Positions 1 through 9,367 of a stretch of DNA of 64,000 nt are shown here, in pieces. Source of the stretch: Chloroflexota bacterium (GTDB taxonomy: Bacteria; Chloroflexota; Anaerolineae; Anaerolineales; UBA11858); NCBI GenBank assembly GCA_030609055.1, contig JAUWCZ010000001.1, positions 17,363 through 81,362 of the forward strand, written 5' to 3'. Each line of letters begins with the position of its first letter. Position 1 is the first letter of the stretch. A model generated the notes under the pieces. It searched no databases. It worked only from the letters and a program-made list of their open reading frames with translations, and was not told where the DNA came from. A program made the position numbers and the translations under genes.

Positions 1-80
1 ACTAATCCGAGCTGCACCCCATGGTGATCACCAAATAATGACTCGATACACAATCTTTCTCTCTTTGGAAGCAAACCTTG

Positions 81-117
81 AAAAAATAAACCGCTCAACA
101 TCTTCCGTTGGCGGTTT
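81..117 (-). terminator. Rho-independent terminator downstream of the GTPase locus
   Basis: Read on the minus strand: AAACCGCCAAC-GGAAGAT-GTTGAGCGGTTT stem-loop (one bulge) followed by ATTTTTT. Confidence 0.6.
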
Positions 118-183
118 TACTTTGGTTGACCAGAGAACGGTTAGTTAGATCATTTTTTCCTAAACCGGTCTCTCTCCTAAGTT

Positions 184-834
184 TTAAGGGATCATCTGCC
201 GCGAACTTATCACACTTCCGGCAACATAATAAAGCAATGATTTAAGATTCTCTCCGGTAAGGTTGGAGACCTCTAAACGGGCAAAGTTGCCTTTCCAGCT
301 TGGGCGCATCGCCCGCATTTCATTCGCCAGGTAATCTAATCCTTCTTCGATATCTGCCCGGGTTATTTCCAGGTCATTTTCCCGATCCAGGTGTGTTCCC
401 AACAGAATAAAATGGGTGGCATCATTTAGCAGATCTCCCACTCCATCAATCCAGTAAATCAAATCGTGAAAAGATTCTCGGCTGACCATATCATAAGTAA
501 AAAGCACCACATCTAAGCGGTGGATGGTCGGTTAAAAAATTTCCAACACCTGTTCAAAAGATCGTCCGGTAGGATCACCTTCACCTTGTTTTTGACCAGG
601 AGGAACTAAGAATTGCAAGGTAACAGAATAATGAGTATTACCGATTACCTGTTGGGTGGTGATAAATTCATATTCCATGTTATTGGTTTTCCGGATTTTT
701 TTCAAAACACCTGTATTAGGTAATTCGCCTTTATTTATTAAATCTAATACTTGGGCAACAGTGGTTTTACCAACAGCTCCATTTCCAACTAACATAACGA
801 AACCGGTAACTCGCTCAACTGATAAAGTGTTCAT
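184..834 (-). pseudogene. Ras/MglA-like small GTPase interrupted by a single in-frame TAA (532-534)
   Basis: ORFs 532-834 and 184-510 are in the same frame. The 21 nt between them translate without a further stop (PTIHRLD). The N half has P-loop GNGAVGKT and switch-II VPPGQ (MglA-type xVPGQ). The C half continues with VVLFTYDMVSRESF (Ras beta-4 pattern), a G4-like GTHLD and a G5-like SNLTGEN. Confidence 0.75.
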
Positions 835-1454
835 ACTGGGCGGGAGGGTCTATGCGAGCGGTACTCAAATTGACTGTCATGTCGGACAGGGATCTCCCTT
901 AACTCCTTTCCACAATAATGTCGAATATAAAACCTGTAATTTACTCCACCCATCGCCTTTTCAACCACAACACCCCTTTCCAAACGGGGATGAGAACGAA
1001 CAATATCCGGGATGAAATATTGTACATCACCGTTGCAGACCTCACCGGCAACAGAATACTCCGGTTTGGTCATCGCCATAACCTTGCGTGGAGGCATGCC
1101 AACATGTTCCGCAAATAGAGAATAGGCTTTGGTGTCGCTGATACCTTTTCCAAAAATATCTGCAAAAAGATTCCGGTTAAGAATAGCCAGGGTTAACACA
1201 AATATAGCCCCAAAAAAGAAAATTGCTGTAACCAGGCTCTCCATTCTTAGATTTGGCATTAGATCATAATTCAGGAATTTTAATGCGCTGAAAATATACC
1301 CAAGTAAGAAAAACGAGATCAGGATCGATAGCACGATCCACGGCCTAGCCAGGCTGTATTTCCTGAGAATAGCAATAATCCTGATGGCAAAAAACAATCC
1401 AATCGAGAGTATGCCAGCTCCAATGATCACGATGAAAGCATTACTTAATAACAT
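831..1454 (-). CDS. Membrane protein (about 4 TM helices) with a ~110-aa soluble C-terminal domain of unknown function, coupled to the GTPase
   Basis: Hydrophobic N-terminal segments. Its stop overlaps the GTPase start as ATGA at 831-834. Preferred start is ATG 1452-1454 (MLLSNAF), preceded by AAGGACGAG. The ORF-track start at 1538 is probably an over-extension. Confidence 0.6.
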   Translation of the reverse strand: MLLSNAFIVIIGAGILSIGLFFAIRIIAILRKYSLARPWIVLSILISFFLLGYIFSALKFLNYDLMPNLRMESLVTAIFFFGAIFVLTLAILNRNLFADIFGKGISDTKAYSLFAEHVGMPPRKVMAMTKPEYSVAGEVCNGDVQYFIPDIVRSHPRLERGVVVEKAMGGVNYRFYIRHYCGKELREIPVRHDSQFEYRSHRPSRPV

Positions 1455-1741
1455 CAGTCTCGTCCTTTTAGAAATCAATTCTACAATAAAGCAACAAGCA
1501 TGCAAGTCAACACAACAGGATTGATAATTAGGAATCACTTATTTGGGGTGAAACAACAGAAATGTAAAGTATAAGTTACATAACCCAGGTAGTATCCACC
1601 ATAACCATAAATTTTATTCATGAATGTTGTACTTAATTTACGAAATATGCCCTGACATGTCTATCTTATTAGAAAAAAGAGTATCAACAAAAATCAGCTG
1701 AGATGATTGTGTATAATTGAATCAAGTATGTCCGATATCCC

Positions 1742-2803
1742 ATGACTACACCTTGTCAAGTTTGTGGAGAAAACCACCCTTTTATTGCTTCGTACTTGGA
1801 TATTTGTCCAGAGTGTGCTCGGACACCAAGAGGAGTATCAAAAGCGCAAAGTGCGCATATAGCGGCACGAGCTCTGTTTGGGCTGCCGAAGAATCCACCT
1901 CGCACTAAAGATGGTGTAATCTGTAAGCTGTGCGCCTCTCACTGTGAGATTGGAGAGGGAGAGTTGGGATATTGCGGTTTAAGGACGGTCCAGGATGGAG
2001 TGTTTCGCCATTTGGCAGGAACACCCCGGAAGGGGATTTTGCATTGGTACCGGGACCCACTGCCAACGAACTGTGTCGCTGATTGGGTCTGTTCAGGCAG
2101 CCAAAAGTATGGCAAGCATAATCTTGCTGTATTTTATACCAGCTGCACCCTGGATTGTTTATTCTGCCAGAACTGGCACTACCGCAAAGTGGACCCGGAA
2201 GGAAGTGAGGGGATCACAGCTCAAGCTTTAGCCGATTGTGCGACCAGGTTGTCCTATTGTGTATGTTTTTTTGGAGGAGATCCAGCTTCCCAACTGCCCC
2301 ATGCCTTAGCAACAGCCAAATCTCTGGCGGAAAAAGGGGTGGTAGTGTGCTGGGAAACCGCAGGTACCGCCAATCCAAAGTTAATGGATCGAGCAGTTAG
2401 TTATTCGATCCAAACTGGTGGGTGTGTCAAATTTGATCTCAAAGCCCATTCTGAATCGCTTCATAAAACCCTTACAGGTCGCGGTAACAATCAAACGCTG
2501 GAAAACTTTGCCCGGGCGGGTGGAAAATTCCAGGAACGTCCAGACTCGCCGTTAGTGATCGCCAGTACGTTATTAGTGCCTGGATACATTGGTGTGGAAG
2601 AAGTTCGGCGAATCGCGGCGTTCATTGCGGGGGTAAACCGTGATATTCCCTACGCTCTGCTGGGTTTTTCACCCCAATTCCTGATGAACGATTTGCCCCG
2701 AACTTCAGTTGAACATGCCGAAGCGGCATATCAGGCATCAGTCGGCGAGGGACTTACCAATGTCCGTATAGGAAATCGCCATTTGCTCGGATATGAATAT
2801 TAG
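1742..2803 (+). CDS. Radical SAM enzyme (PflA-like activase family, COG1180-type) with N-terminal Cys-rich ribbon
   Basis: CTLDCLFCQNW matches the CxxxCxxC radical-SAM cluster motif. N-terminal CQVC...CPEC and CKLC..HC..GYCG motifs. Confidence 0.75.
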   Translation: MTTPCQVCGENHPFIASYLDICPECARTPRGVSKAQSAHIAARALFGLPKNPPRTKDGVICKLCASHCEIGEGELGYCGLRTVQDGVFRHLAGTPRKGILHWYRDPLPTNCVADWVCSGSQKYGKHNLAVFYTSCTLDCLFCQNWHYRKVDPEGSEGITAQALADCATRLSYCVCFFGGDPASQLPHALATAKSLAEKGVVVCWETAGTANPKLMDRAVSYSIQTGGCVKFDLKAHSESLHKTLTGRGNNQTLENFARAGGKFQERPDSPLVIASTLLVPGYIGVEEVRRIAAFIAGVNRDIPYALLGFSPQFLMNDLPRTSVEHAEAAYQASVGEGLTNVRIGNRHLLGYEY

Positions 2804-2885
2804 TTAAATTATGGATGAGAATTCCATGAAGGATACGATCCGTTATTTTCTACGATTTATCGATCCTTGATGTATAAATTACTAG

Positions 2886-2911
2886 AAAAGACGCTCAAGG
2901 GAGCGCCTTTT
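2886..2911. terminator. Bidirectional hairpin terminator
   Basis: AAAA-GACGCTC-AAGG-GAGCGCC-TTTT, with an A-run and a T-run flanking a GC stem. Confidence 0.45.
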
Positions 2912-2957
2912 CTAGTAGCGGGGCCAGTATTCGAACCTGGCACATCCGGGGTATGAG
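2909..2957 (-). repeat. Degenerate copy of the 3' half of tRNA-fMet (att-like direct repeat)
   Basis: 45/49 nt identical to 13361-13409 in the same orientation, with runs of 19 and 12 identical nt. No matching tRNA 5' half follows. The T-stem closing pair is broken, so it is not a functional tRNA. Confidence 0.8.
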
Positions 2958-3316
2958 ATAGAGTCCTGACCTTATGGGCTTGGATCTTAAGACCTGGCTC
3001 GTATATAACCTTGCGATTTGCAGTTGATCGGAACCCAGCGATTATTAGGAATAATTATCCTACTCGTAAAGAGACAAACTGGCAGTCACATTTGAGATCT
3101 AGGACAGGAGCCCCACTAGAATCACTTACATATTTCTATGTTACACTTGCAGGTTGAATCTGCAAGGCATCTTCTCTTCTACTAAAGTTTTTGAAGCGAT
3201 TAACCATTTGGAACCATACGTCCTAGCTTGCATGGTTGAGTCAGGGAAACAGATTGGTTTGAAGTACTCGAGCAGATTACCAACAATCAATTCGTCTTTT
3301 CTCGAATAAATCATGC

Positions 3317-4030
3317 TTAGATAGATCCCAAAATACTCTCCACCGTATTCTCTAAGTCTTCAAAACTCACCAGTAGAACATCAGGGGAGAACCGAGCTAG
3401 CTCATCGGTTGAAAACGAACTCGACGCTACACTCACCGTGCGGGCGGAGATTGATTTCCCGGCTTCAATATCGGAAGGAGCATCACCAATCGTGACCACA
3501 CGTGTGCGCGTTGGATTCAGCCCATAATAGTTTAGGGACCGGTCTAGTGCCAGCCGGACTAATTCCTGCCTTGAAAAAACCTCATGACCATATGCACCAG
3601 CAGGAAAATACTTCTTAAGACCACTTCTCGCCAATAGTATTTTGGCTGTCGAACCCAGGGTGCCCGTTGCTAAGGCAAGGTATATGTTTTTTCGCTCCAC
3701 AAGGTTATCTAAGAGTTCATTTACACCAGGCAATAAGCGATTCGTGAGATCTTCTGGAAGCGTCTGTTGCATTTGCTCAGTCAACATCAGCTGAACTCGT
3801 TGGAGGTGACGATTGATCTCTTCCTCTGGCACACCCCCTGCTTTACAGATTCTGCGTATTATTTCTTTTTGGGGGAATCCATACCGCTTACTCTTAGGTA
3901 GTTGATCTGGCACATTCCATACTTCCTTCACGACCTTCGCTACACACGCAATATGGTAGTCGAAAACATCAAGCAACGTACCATCGAGATCAAAAATCAA
4001 TAAGGTGTTGATTTCGTTGTTAGGGGACAT
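3317..4030 (-). CDS. HAD-superfamily phosphatase (phosphoglycolate-phosphatase-like)
   Basis: Motif I LIFDLDGTLLD and a C-terminal GDAPSDIEAG motif. Confidence 0.75.
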   Translation of the reverse strand: MSPNNEINTLLIFDLDGTLLDVFDYHIACVAKVVKEVWNVPDQLPKSKRYGFPQKEIIRRICKAGGVPEEEINRHLQRVQLMLTEQMQQTLPEDLTNRLLPGVNELLDNLVERKNIYLALATGTLGSTAKILLARSGLKKYFPAGAYGHEVFSRQELVRLALDRSLNYYGLNPTRTRVVTIGDAPSDIEAGKSISARTVSVASSSFSTDELARFSPDVLLVSFEDLENTVESILGSI

Positions 4031-4078
4031 TATTTACTTTTGATGATGTTATCAGGTTCCACTCACTGCGATTGTTGC

Positions 4079-4963
4079 TTACGCCAAATCCCACAAATCT
4101 TTGGTCTTCTCAAGTGCCTCTTCTAGCTTCTTTATCTTCGCTTCCTCAAGCGGGAGCAGAGGTTTGCGGGGATAGCCAGGATCCATCCCCCGCAATTTCA
4201 AGATCTCATACGCTGTCGGAATCGAGGAACCAATGTGAAGAATATCCCAGAGTATCAATACTCTCTCCTGCCATTCCTTTGCGTCCACCGCTGAGCCAGA
4301 AAGAACAACTGAGTGGAATTTCTGCATGACCTCAGGGAACGGATTTCCTAAGCCGGCGATGCAGCCTCTCACACCCATGGCGAACGCCGGCAGCATGAGG
4401 CTTTCAGATCCGATCACGAAATCAAAGTCTGACCTCTCTATGGTGCGCATGGCCATATATAATTTTCCAATATCAAAACTTGAATCTTTAAGCCCATGAA
4501 GGCCCAGATTAGCCAATCCATTTAACAGCTCCGGTGTTAATGGGTTACCAGTTGTTTTTGGGTTGTCATAGGCATATACAGGAATCGTCACGGCATTAAT
4601 AATCGCCTCAAAGTGCGCCTGGATCGATCGGGAGTCAGGCGAATAATAAAAAGGCGGAACCGCTGCGACAGCGATCGCACCATGTCTTTCCGCATGACGC
4701 GCCAATCGCACAGCGATTGAAGTTGTGATTGCCCCAACATGAGCAATTAGAGGCTTTTTCCTGACCGTAGCAGATGCAATTTCAAATACCATTTCACGTT
4801 CTTCAGGACTCATAAGAGGTCCTGAACCATAGCTTCCACAAACAAACATCCCGTCGACGAATTTCGACCAGAACTCAAGCAGTACTTCGAAGCGTTTATT
4901 ATCAATTTGCCCTTCCTCATTAAATGGTGTTATGATCGGTGGAAAGATACCTTTAACCTTCAT
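4079..4963 (-). CDS. DapA/NanA-family class-I aldolase (dihydrodipicolinate synthase-like lyase)
   Basis: N-terminus GIFPPIITPFNEEGQID and GSYGSGPLMSPEERE (family GTTGE-type motif); 294 aa. GGGAGA Shine-Dalgarno before the ATG. Confidence 0.7.
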   Translation of the reverse strand: MKVKGIFPPIITPFNEEGQIDNKRFEVLLEFWSKFVDGMFVCGSYGSGPLMSPEEREMVFEIASATVRKKPLIAHVGAITTSIAVRLARHAERHGAIAVAAVPPFYYSPDSRSIQAHFEAIINAVTIPVYAYDNPKTTGNPLTPELLNGLANLGLHGLKDSSFDIGKLYMAMRTIERSDFDFVIGSESLMLPAFAMGVRGCIAGLGNPFPEVMQKFHSVVLSGSAVDAKEWQERVLILWDILHIGSSIPTAYEILKLRGMDPGYPRKPLLPLEEAKIKKLEEALEKTKDLWDLA

Positions 4964-5101
4964 CGAATGTCTCCCTGTCTCTCAGGTTTCATATAAAGTT
5001 ATTAATAAATAATCGATTTTGAATCTAAAACCAAGTGTGTGAAATCTCTCGTGAACCTTGCATTCAATCTGTCATATTGTTTTAATCGCCTTAGTGATGA
5101 C

Positions 5102-5755
5102 TCAAGAAAGTTCCCGTGCTTCTCTAGCAATCCTCAACCATTCGGAAGCTGTAGAAGTTATCATTTCAAACTCACCTTTTTTAACCAACTCTGGATCCAC
5201 AAGGTTTGATGCAGCAGCCACGCCTACTGCACCAGCAACAAACCACTCTGCGAGGTTGTCTGCAGACACACCGCCGACAGCGACCAAGGGTATTTGCTTC
5301 ATAGGTGCATTTACTGCCTTTAGATATTCCGGTCCTGCTGGCATCGCCGGGAATAATTTAACAGCATCAGAGCCCGACTCCCATGCGAGTAAACACTCTG
5401 TTGGTGTGAATCCCCCAGAGAAACTTAACCGACCATAACGCTTGGTCATGGTAATCACTTCGGGACAAACCGTGGGTGAAACGATGAAATCTGCCCCCGC
5501 GAGAATCGCTAAACGTGCCGATGGTGGATCAAGCACAGTACCTGCCCCTATCAAGATATCCTCACCATATTCATCATGGATCCTTGAAATGTAATCAACT
5601 GCATGCGGGGTAACCAGAGACACTTCAATAATATCAATACCACCCTTGAGTAAGGCTTCAATTGTTGGATTGATATCCTCCTGTGAGTCAATCCGGACAA
5701 TCGCCATTACACCAACATCGAAGAAGTGCTGCAACTTTTCAGACATGTGTTTCAT
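5102..5755 (-). CDS. eda: KDPG/KHG aldolase family protein (Eda-like)
   Basis: AIVRIDSQED...LLKGGIDIIEVSL... pattern, 217 aa, typical Eda length. GGAG 8 nt upstream of the ATG. Confidence 0.7.
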   Translation of the reverse strand: MKHMSEKLQHFFDVGVMAIVRIDSQEDINPTIEALLKGGIDIIEVSLVTPHAVDYISRIHDEYGEDILIGAGTVLDPPSARLAILAGADFIVSPTVCPEVITMTKRYGRLSFSGGFTPTECLLAWESGSDAVKLFPAMPAGPEYLKAVNAPMKQIPLVAVGGVSADNLAEWFVAGAVGVAAASNLVDPELVKKGEFEMITSTASEWLRIAREARELS

Positions 5756-5821
5756 TTTTCATACTCCATTCCACACAAAATGTGGGGATACGAAGGTTTT
5801 AATTAAAATCATCAGATCGAT

Positions 5822-6403
5822 TTATTTTATACAGACTGTTACATACAGATCGGCATCCAATCCAAGTTCCCATTTATGTCCTGTCAATTCATTGGAAATA
5901 TGATCAGGTAAAAAGAAATCACTAAACAATTCTACTGCCAGATTATGAATATTCTCTGATAATGTCTTAATGTGCCAACGGACAGGCAATTGTCGAGTGG
6001 GGATGCATATAACCGCATGACTGCCTGGCTTGAGCACGCGACAACATTCAGATAGAATCTTTTCTGGATCCTCCGCGATGTGGATGGTATTGACCAGACA
6101 TATCCCTGTAAGTGTATTCGATCCCAAGGGTAAAAATGCCCCATCTCCTTGAATTCGCTTAATAACCTTTTCCTCGATGCACTCTGTCGAAGCTTGCAAA
6201 GAAACCAAATTGATATCGTAAGCGAGGACTTCAATTTCTTCGTTAACCGACTCCATCAATGCTGCACCAATTCCCATTTCGCTCCCCAAATCCATCACCC
6301 ATCCCGGCTGAAAAATCTTTGCTGCCCATTGATATATTGAGGCGTGCATCAATATATCAGGGCGCTTCTGGATCTGATTCCAAAGAGGAACAATCTCTAT
6401 CAT
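5822..6403 (-). CDS. Class-I SAM-dependent methyltransferase-fold protein
   Basis: Motif I-like VMDLGSEMGIG, post-I AYDIN, and LKPGSHAVI (Methyltransf_11-type layout). Confidence 0.6.
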   Translation of the reverse strand: MIEIVPLWNQIQKRPDILMHASIYQWAAKIFQPGWVMDLGSEMGIGAALMESVNEEIEVLAYDINLVSLQASTECIEEKVIKRIQGDGAFLPLGSNTLTGICLVNTIHIAEDPEKILSECCRVLKPGSHAVICIPTRQLPVRWHIKTLSENIHNLAVELFSDFFLPDHISNELTGHKWELGLDADLYVTVCIK

Positions 6404-6428
6404 TCGTCAACCTGCTTGTAGTGTGACC

Positions 6429-7358
6429 TCAGGCTTGATTAGCGGCATCAAAATCCAACCACCGCGAAGGATTTGTCACAAAAACCTGCTTAATTAAATC
6501 ATCATCCCAGCCATACTTCTGAAGCCGCGGTATAAACTTTTTAATGATATATTCAAATCCAGGACCTCCACCATATCCTTTTAAATATGACCGACGCCCC
6601 ATGTCTCCGGAAATCAATATCCTTTCCGCATGCCCGGAATCTATGAGACGGTTCAACATCAAAATACGCTCTTCATCTGTTGCATATTTAATTTTCGAAG
6701 GACCATCGAACATTACATTCGCACCCCGATCCGCGATCGAATCGAGATATCCAAAATCAAGATTCTGATCCAGATGCGCTATCCCAACCTTCTGTAGATT
6801 TACACCTTCTTGCTCTAACATATCCAATTGCTCATGCGCCATCGTCCCAAGAGTCGTATGCGTAATGATGGGACATCCGGTAATCTTCTGAGTCCGACCT
6901 GCCGCAAGAGTGTAACGCTCCTCTATCGGTCGGATGAACCCATAGCTAGTCCCCGTCTTGACGATACCTGCTCGAGCTTCTGTGTCGTCCATACCCTCTT
7001 GGATGTCTTTCAGGCAGAGATTCGTCATTTCCTCGACCGTCATCGCGCTTAGAACATCATCCGCGTAATCACCACGATTAAATCCTGTAATTGCTACGAT
7101 ATGAACTGGTGTTTTTTTAGCTACCAGAAGAAGGTCCCGGGCATCTCGCCCATAATCAATTGCCGTGGCATCGACAATCGTCCGTCCTCCAGCTTGATGG
7201 AAGAGATCAAGTTCGACAAGTATCTTGGGGATACTATCTAGTACATAATCGGAATCTTCTTGTATCCTCCACAAAGGCGGCCGGGTAAGGATGTGCTCGT
7301 GGGCATAGGTCAGGCCAGCATCAGATGGACCAATCTGTTCCAATACAGTTTGAATCAT
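6429..7358 (-). CDS. Phosphotriesterase-family (COG1735) amidohydrolase, probable phospho-sugar lactonase
   Basis: N-terminal GLTYAHEHIL (HxH metal ligands), 309 aa. GGAGTG Shine-Dalgarno. Confidence 0.75.
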   Translation of the reverse strand: MIQTVLEQIGPSDAGLTYAHEHILTRPPLWRIQEDSDYVLDSIPKILVELDLFHQAGGRTIVDATAIDYGRDARDLLLVAKKTPVHIVAITGFNRGDYADDVLSAMTVEEMTNLCLKDIQEGMDDTEARAGIVKTGTSYGFIRPIEERYTLAAGRTQKITGCPIITHTTLGTMAHEQLDMLEQEGVNLQKVGIAHLDQNLDFGYLDSIADRGANVMFDGPSKIKYATDEERILMLNRLIDSGHAERILISGDMGRRSYLKGYGGGPGFEYIIKKFIPRLQKYGWDDDLIKQVFVTNPSRWLDFDAANQA

Positions 7359-7481
7359 TTTGCTATCACTCCGTGTTTATTTGGAAAAGGGGCATGATTC
7401 CAAGTTTTACTATCACTTATTGGATCATGCCCCTTTAGGATGCAGAGACTGCAGAATTAAAATCAATTTTCAGAGTTACGA

Positions 7482-8885
7482 TCAGTCGCCAAAGGTTTCC
7501 ACAACGGGGGTTTTCTTTGACTGGCTTCGCATTAGCCAGAAGATGGTGACTAACACAACAGCACCGATGATGATCGAAGCGATCCCATAGGTCCCAAAAC
7601 CTTCTACTCGAGACCCACCGATCAGGTTGATGATCCAGAAGACAGGAGCCCACAGAATATAATCACCACCGCCGAAGTTCAAACCAGTTCCAGCAAAGAA
7701 TTCAGCCTGGAGTGGGTAGAGCAATAGCGCTGTTACATCAACGACAATGCCCATGATGGCTCCAGCTACGATTGCACCCACCCAACCGCCATGCTTATCA
7801 CCAAAAACACCTGCGAGGGCGCCATCAAAGAAGAAAAAGATGGGACCAGGGAAGATGATGACCGACATACCGAGGGCTAACTGGACAAGCGTAAAAACGA
7901 CCATAGCCGCAAAGCAAGACAGGAAACCCAGGATGACACCGGTAGGTGAGTACTGGAAGAAAAGTGGTGAATCAAGGGCTGGTTGTGTACCCGGCAGGAT
8001 TCGATTTGCAATTCCTTCAAAGGCTGGGATCATTGCCGCCAGGAACATGCGGACACCAAACAGTACGACAGCAACACCTGCTGCAAAACCAAACCCCTGC
8101 ATGATTAGCCATATAATCCAGTGCTGTCCTCCACTTAACCCCGATACCGCTTCTGCACCAGCGACCACGCCGATCAAAATATAGAGGATCGGGATCAGCA
8201 GAGCAAGCAGGACTGTATAGTCTGTTAACATGGATAAAATGCCGGGGAGTTCAATTTCGCTGCTTTTCTTCGAGGTTACAATTTTCCCTGCTAACGCGCC
8301 AGCTGGCAGGTCCATGGTTTGAAGGTGACCAAGTGTGAACATCCCATCCGTTAATGGCTGTGTGAAGGGACGAGCAATGGCGGGCATGATTGTCCAGAAG
8401 AGTGCGGTTATGACAGTGGCAAAGGCGATTAGCCCGGTTCCAGTCAAACCCAGTGCTGTACTCCCCATGATGGTCGCAATCGATGTGTTAAACAACATGA
8501 TATGTCCAGTAAGGAACACATTCTTAAAAGTAGGCATTGGAAGGATCCGTACCAGGACGAGGTGCAGTACGAATGCACAAACAAATGCAATCGAAATCTG
8601 GACTGCAAAAGTCTGCATCGCCACACCAAAGGGTCCGAAGCAGTCAGGCAACACTCCTGTAACGCCAAAGGCGTTGTTCAGTAGACTGGTGATCGGTAAC
8701 AGCGAACCAAGGAATACGCCAATCCCTGCGTTGAGGATAACAATACCTACCACAGTTTTTACCGTACCTTCGAGAACTTCATCCGCATCCCTTTTTTGCA
8801 TAAGAAGTCCAAAAAGCGCAATCAGGCCCAGGAAAATCGGCGCCTGGATAAACACCTCTTGGATAAGAAAATTTATGACTTGCAT
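7482..8885 (-). CDS. ulaA: PTS EIIC, ascorbate-type (UlaA/SgaT family)
   Basis: 467-aa polytopic protein. The LTGHIM motif and overall pattern match UlaA. GAGGAGAG Shine-Dalgarno. Confidence 0.8.
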   Translation of the reverse strand: MQVINFLIQEVFIQAPIFLGLIALFGLLMQKRDADEVLEGTVKTVVGIVILNAGIGVFLGSLLPITSLLNNAFGVTGVLPDCFGPFGVAMQTFAVQISIAFVCAFVLHLVLVRILPMPTFKNVFLTGHIMLFNTSIATIMGSTALGLTGTGLIAFATVITALFWTIMPAIARPFTQPLTDGMFTLGHLQTMDLPAGALAGKIVTSKKSSEIELPGILSMLTDYTVLLALLIPILYILIGVVAGAEAVSGLSGGQHWIIWLIMQGFGFAAGVAVVLFGVRMFLAAMIPAFEGIANRILPGTQPALDSPLFFQYSPTGVILGFLSCFAAMVVFTLVQLALGMSVIIFPGPIFFFFDGALAGVFGDKHGGWVGAIVAGAIMGIVVDVTALLLYPLQAEFFAGTGLNFGGGDYILWAPVFWIINLIGGSRVEGFGTYGIASIIIGAVVLVTIFWLMRSQSKKTPVVETFGD

Positions 8886-8950
8886 TTTATTCTCTCCTCT
8901 TGATCTAAAGGTTCTTGGATATAAACAGTGAATATATTGTTTTTGTTATC

Positions 8951-9271
8951 TTATTCCTCCTTTACTTCGATTCTGCCTGTCTCTGCAAATTCTGTAAAAT
9001 ATGGACCCAGCAGTTCGTTTAACTCATCCTTATCAATGAAGGACTTCACCGACAGAACTGGAGTACCCCTGATCTTTCCTACACGAGGTGCCAAGTGATC
9101 CTGGGCGACGACAATATCTGATTCATGCCCTTTCGCAGTCCCAGCATCCGCTGCCACGATTGATGTCTTAACTCCATATTCCCTGGCGATCTTTTCGATG
9201 ATTGTCTTTGCCAGAAGACTGCTGCCTAATCCACATCCACACACTGTCACCACTCTAATTCTTCTTGCCAT
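8951..9271 (-). CDS. ulaB: PTS EIIB (UlaB/SgaB family)
   Basis: RIRVVTVCGCGLGSSLL active-site Cys loop, 106 aa. GAGGAGG Shine-Dalgarno. Confidence 0.8.
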   Translation of the reverse strand: MARRIRVVTVCGCGLGSSLLAKTIIEKIAREYGVKTSIVAADAGTAKGHESDIVVAQDHLAPRVGKIRGTPVLSVKSFIDKDELNELLGPYFTEFAETGRIEVKEE

Positions 9272-9367
9272 AAAATCCTCCTCTGCAGATAAGTTTCTAA
9301 TATTCTAGCCATGATGGTGGAATATTGTTTCCTAAATTCACTAAAATTCGCTTGAAAATCAATAATT

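Noticed and set aside
1-183. Possible 3' end of a plus-strand gene entering from the left edge (frame open to a TAG at about 145-147).
   Set aside because: It is only about 48 codons, has no motif, and contains the minus-strand terminator hairpin. It cannot be supported from this window.
1712-1717. Perfect TATAAT 25 nt upstream of the radical-SAM start.
   Set aside because: There is no acceptable -35 or TG extension and no Shine-Dalgarno before ATG 1742. A hexamer match alone in AT-rich DNA is not enough to call a promoter.
3141-3314. 57-codon ORF (MIYSRKDELIVGNLLEYF...) on the minus strand, starting 3 nt after the HAD gene stop, in the otherwise empty island edge.
   Set aside because: It has no recognisable motif and no Shine-Dalgarno, and it is below the ORF-track threshold. 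It might be a gene fragment (an integrase remnant was hoped for), but no recombinase motifs are visible.
7747-8931. Long plus-strand ORFs (145 aa, 198 aa) antisense to the PTS EIIC gene.
   Set aside because: They are low-complexity and Pro/Ala/Thr/Arg-rich, lie fully inside a well-supported gene on the other strand, and have no start context. This is a typical antisense artefact.
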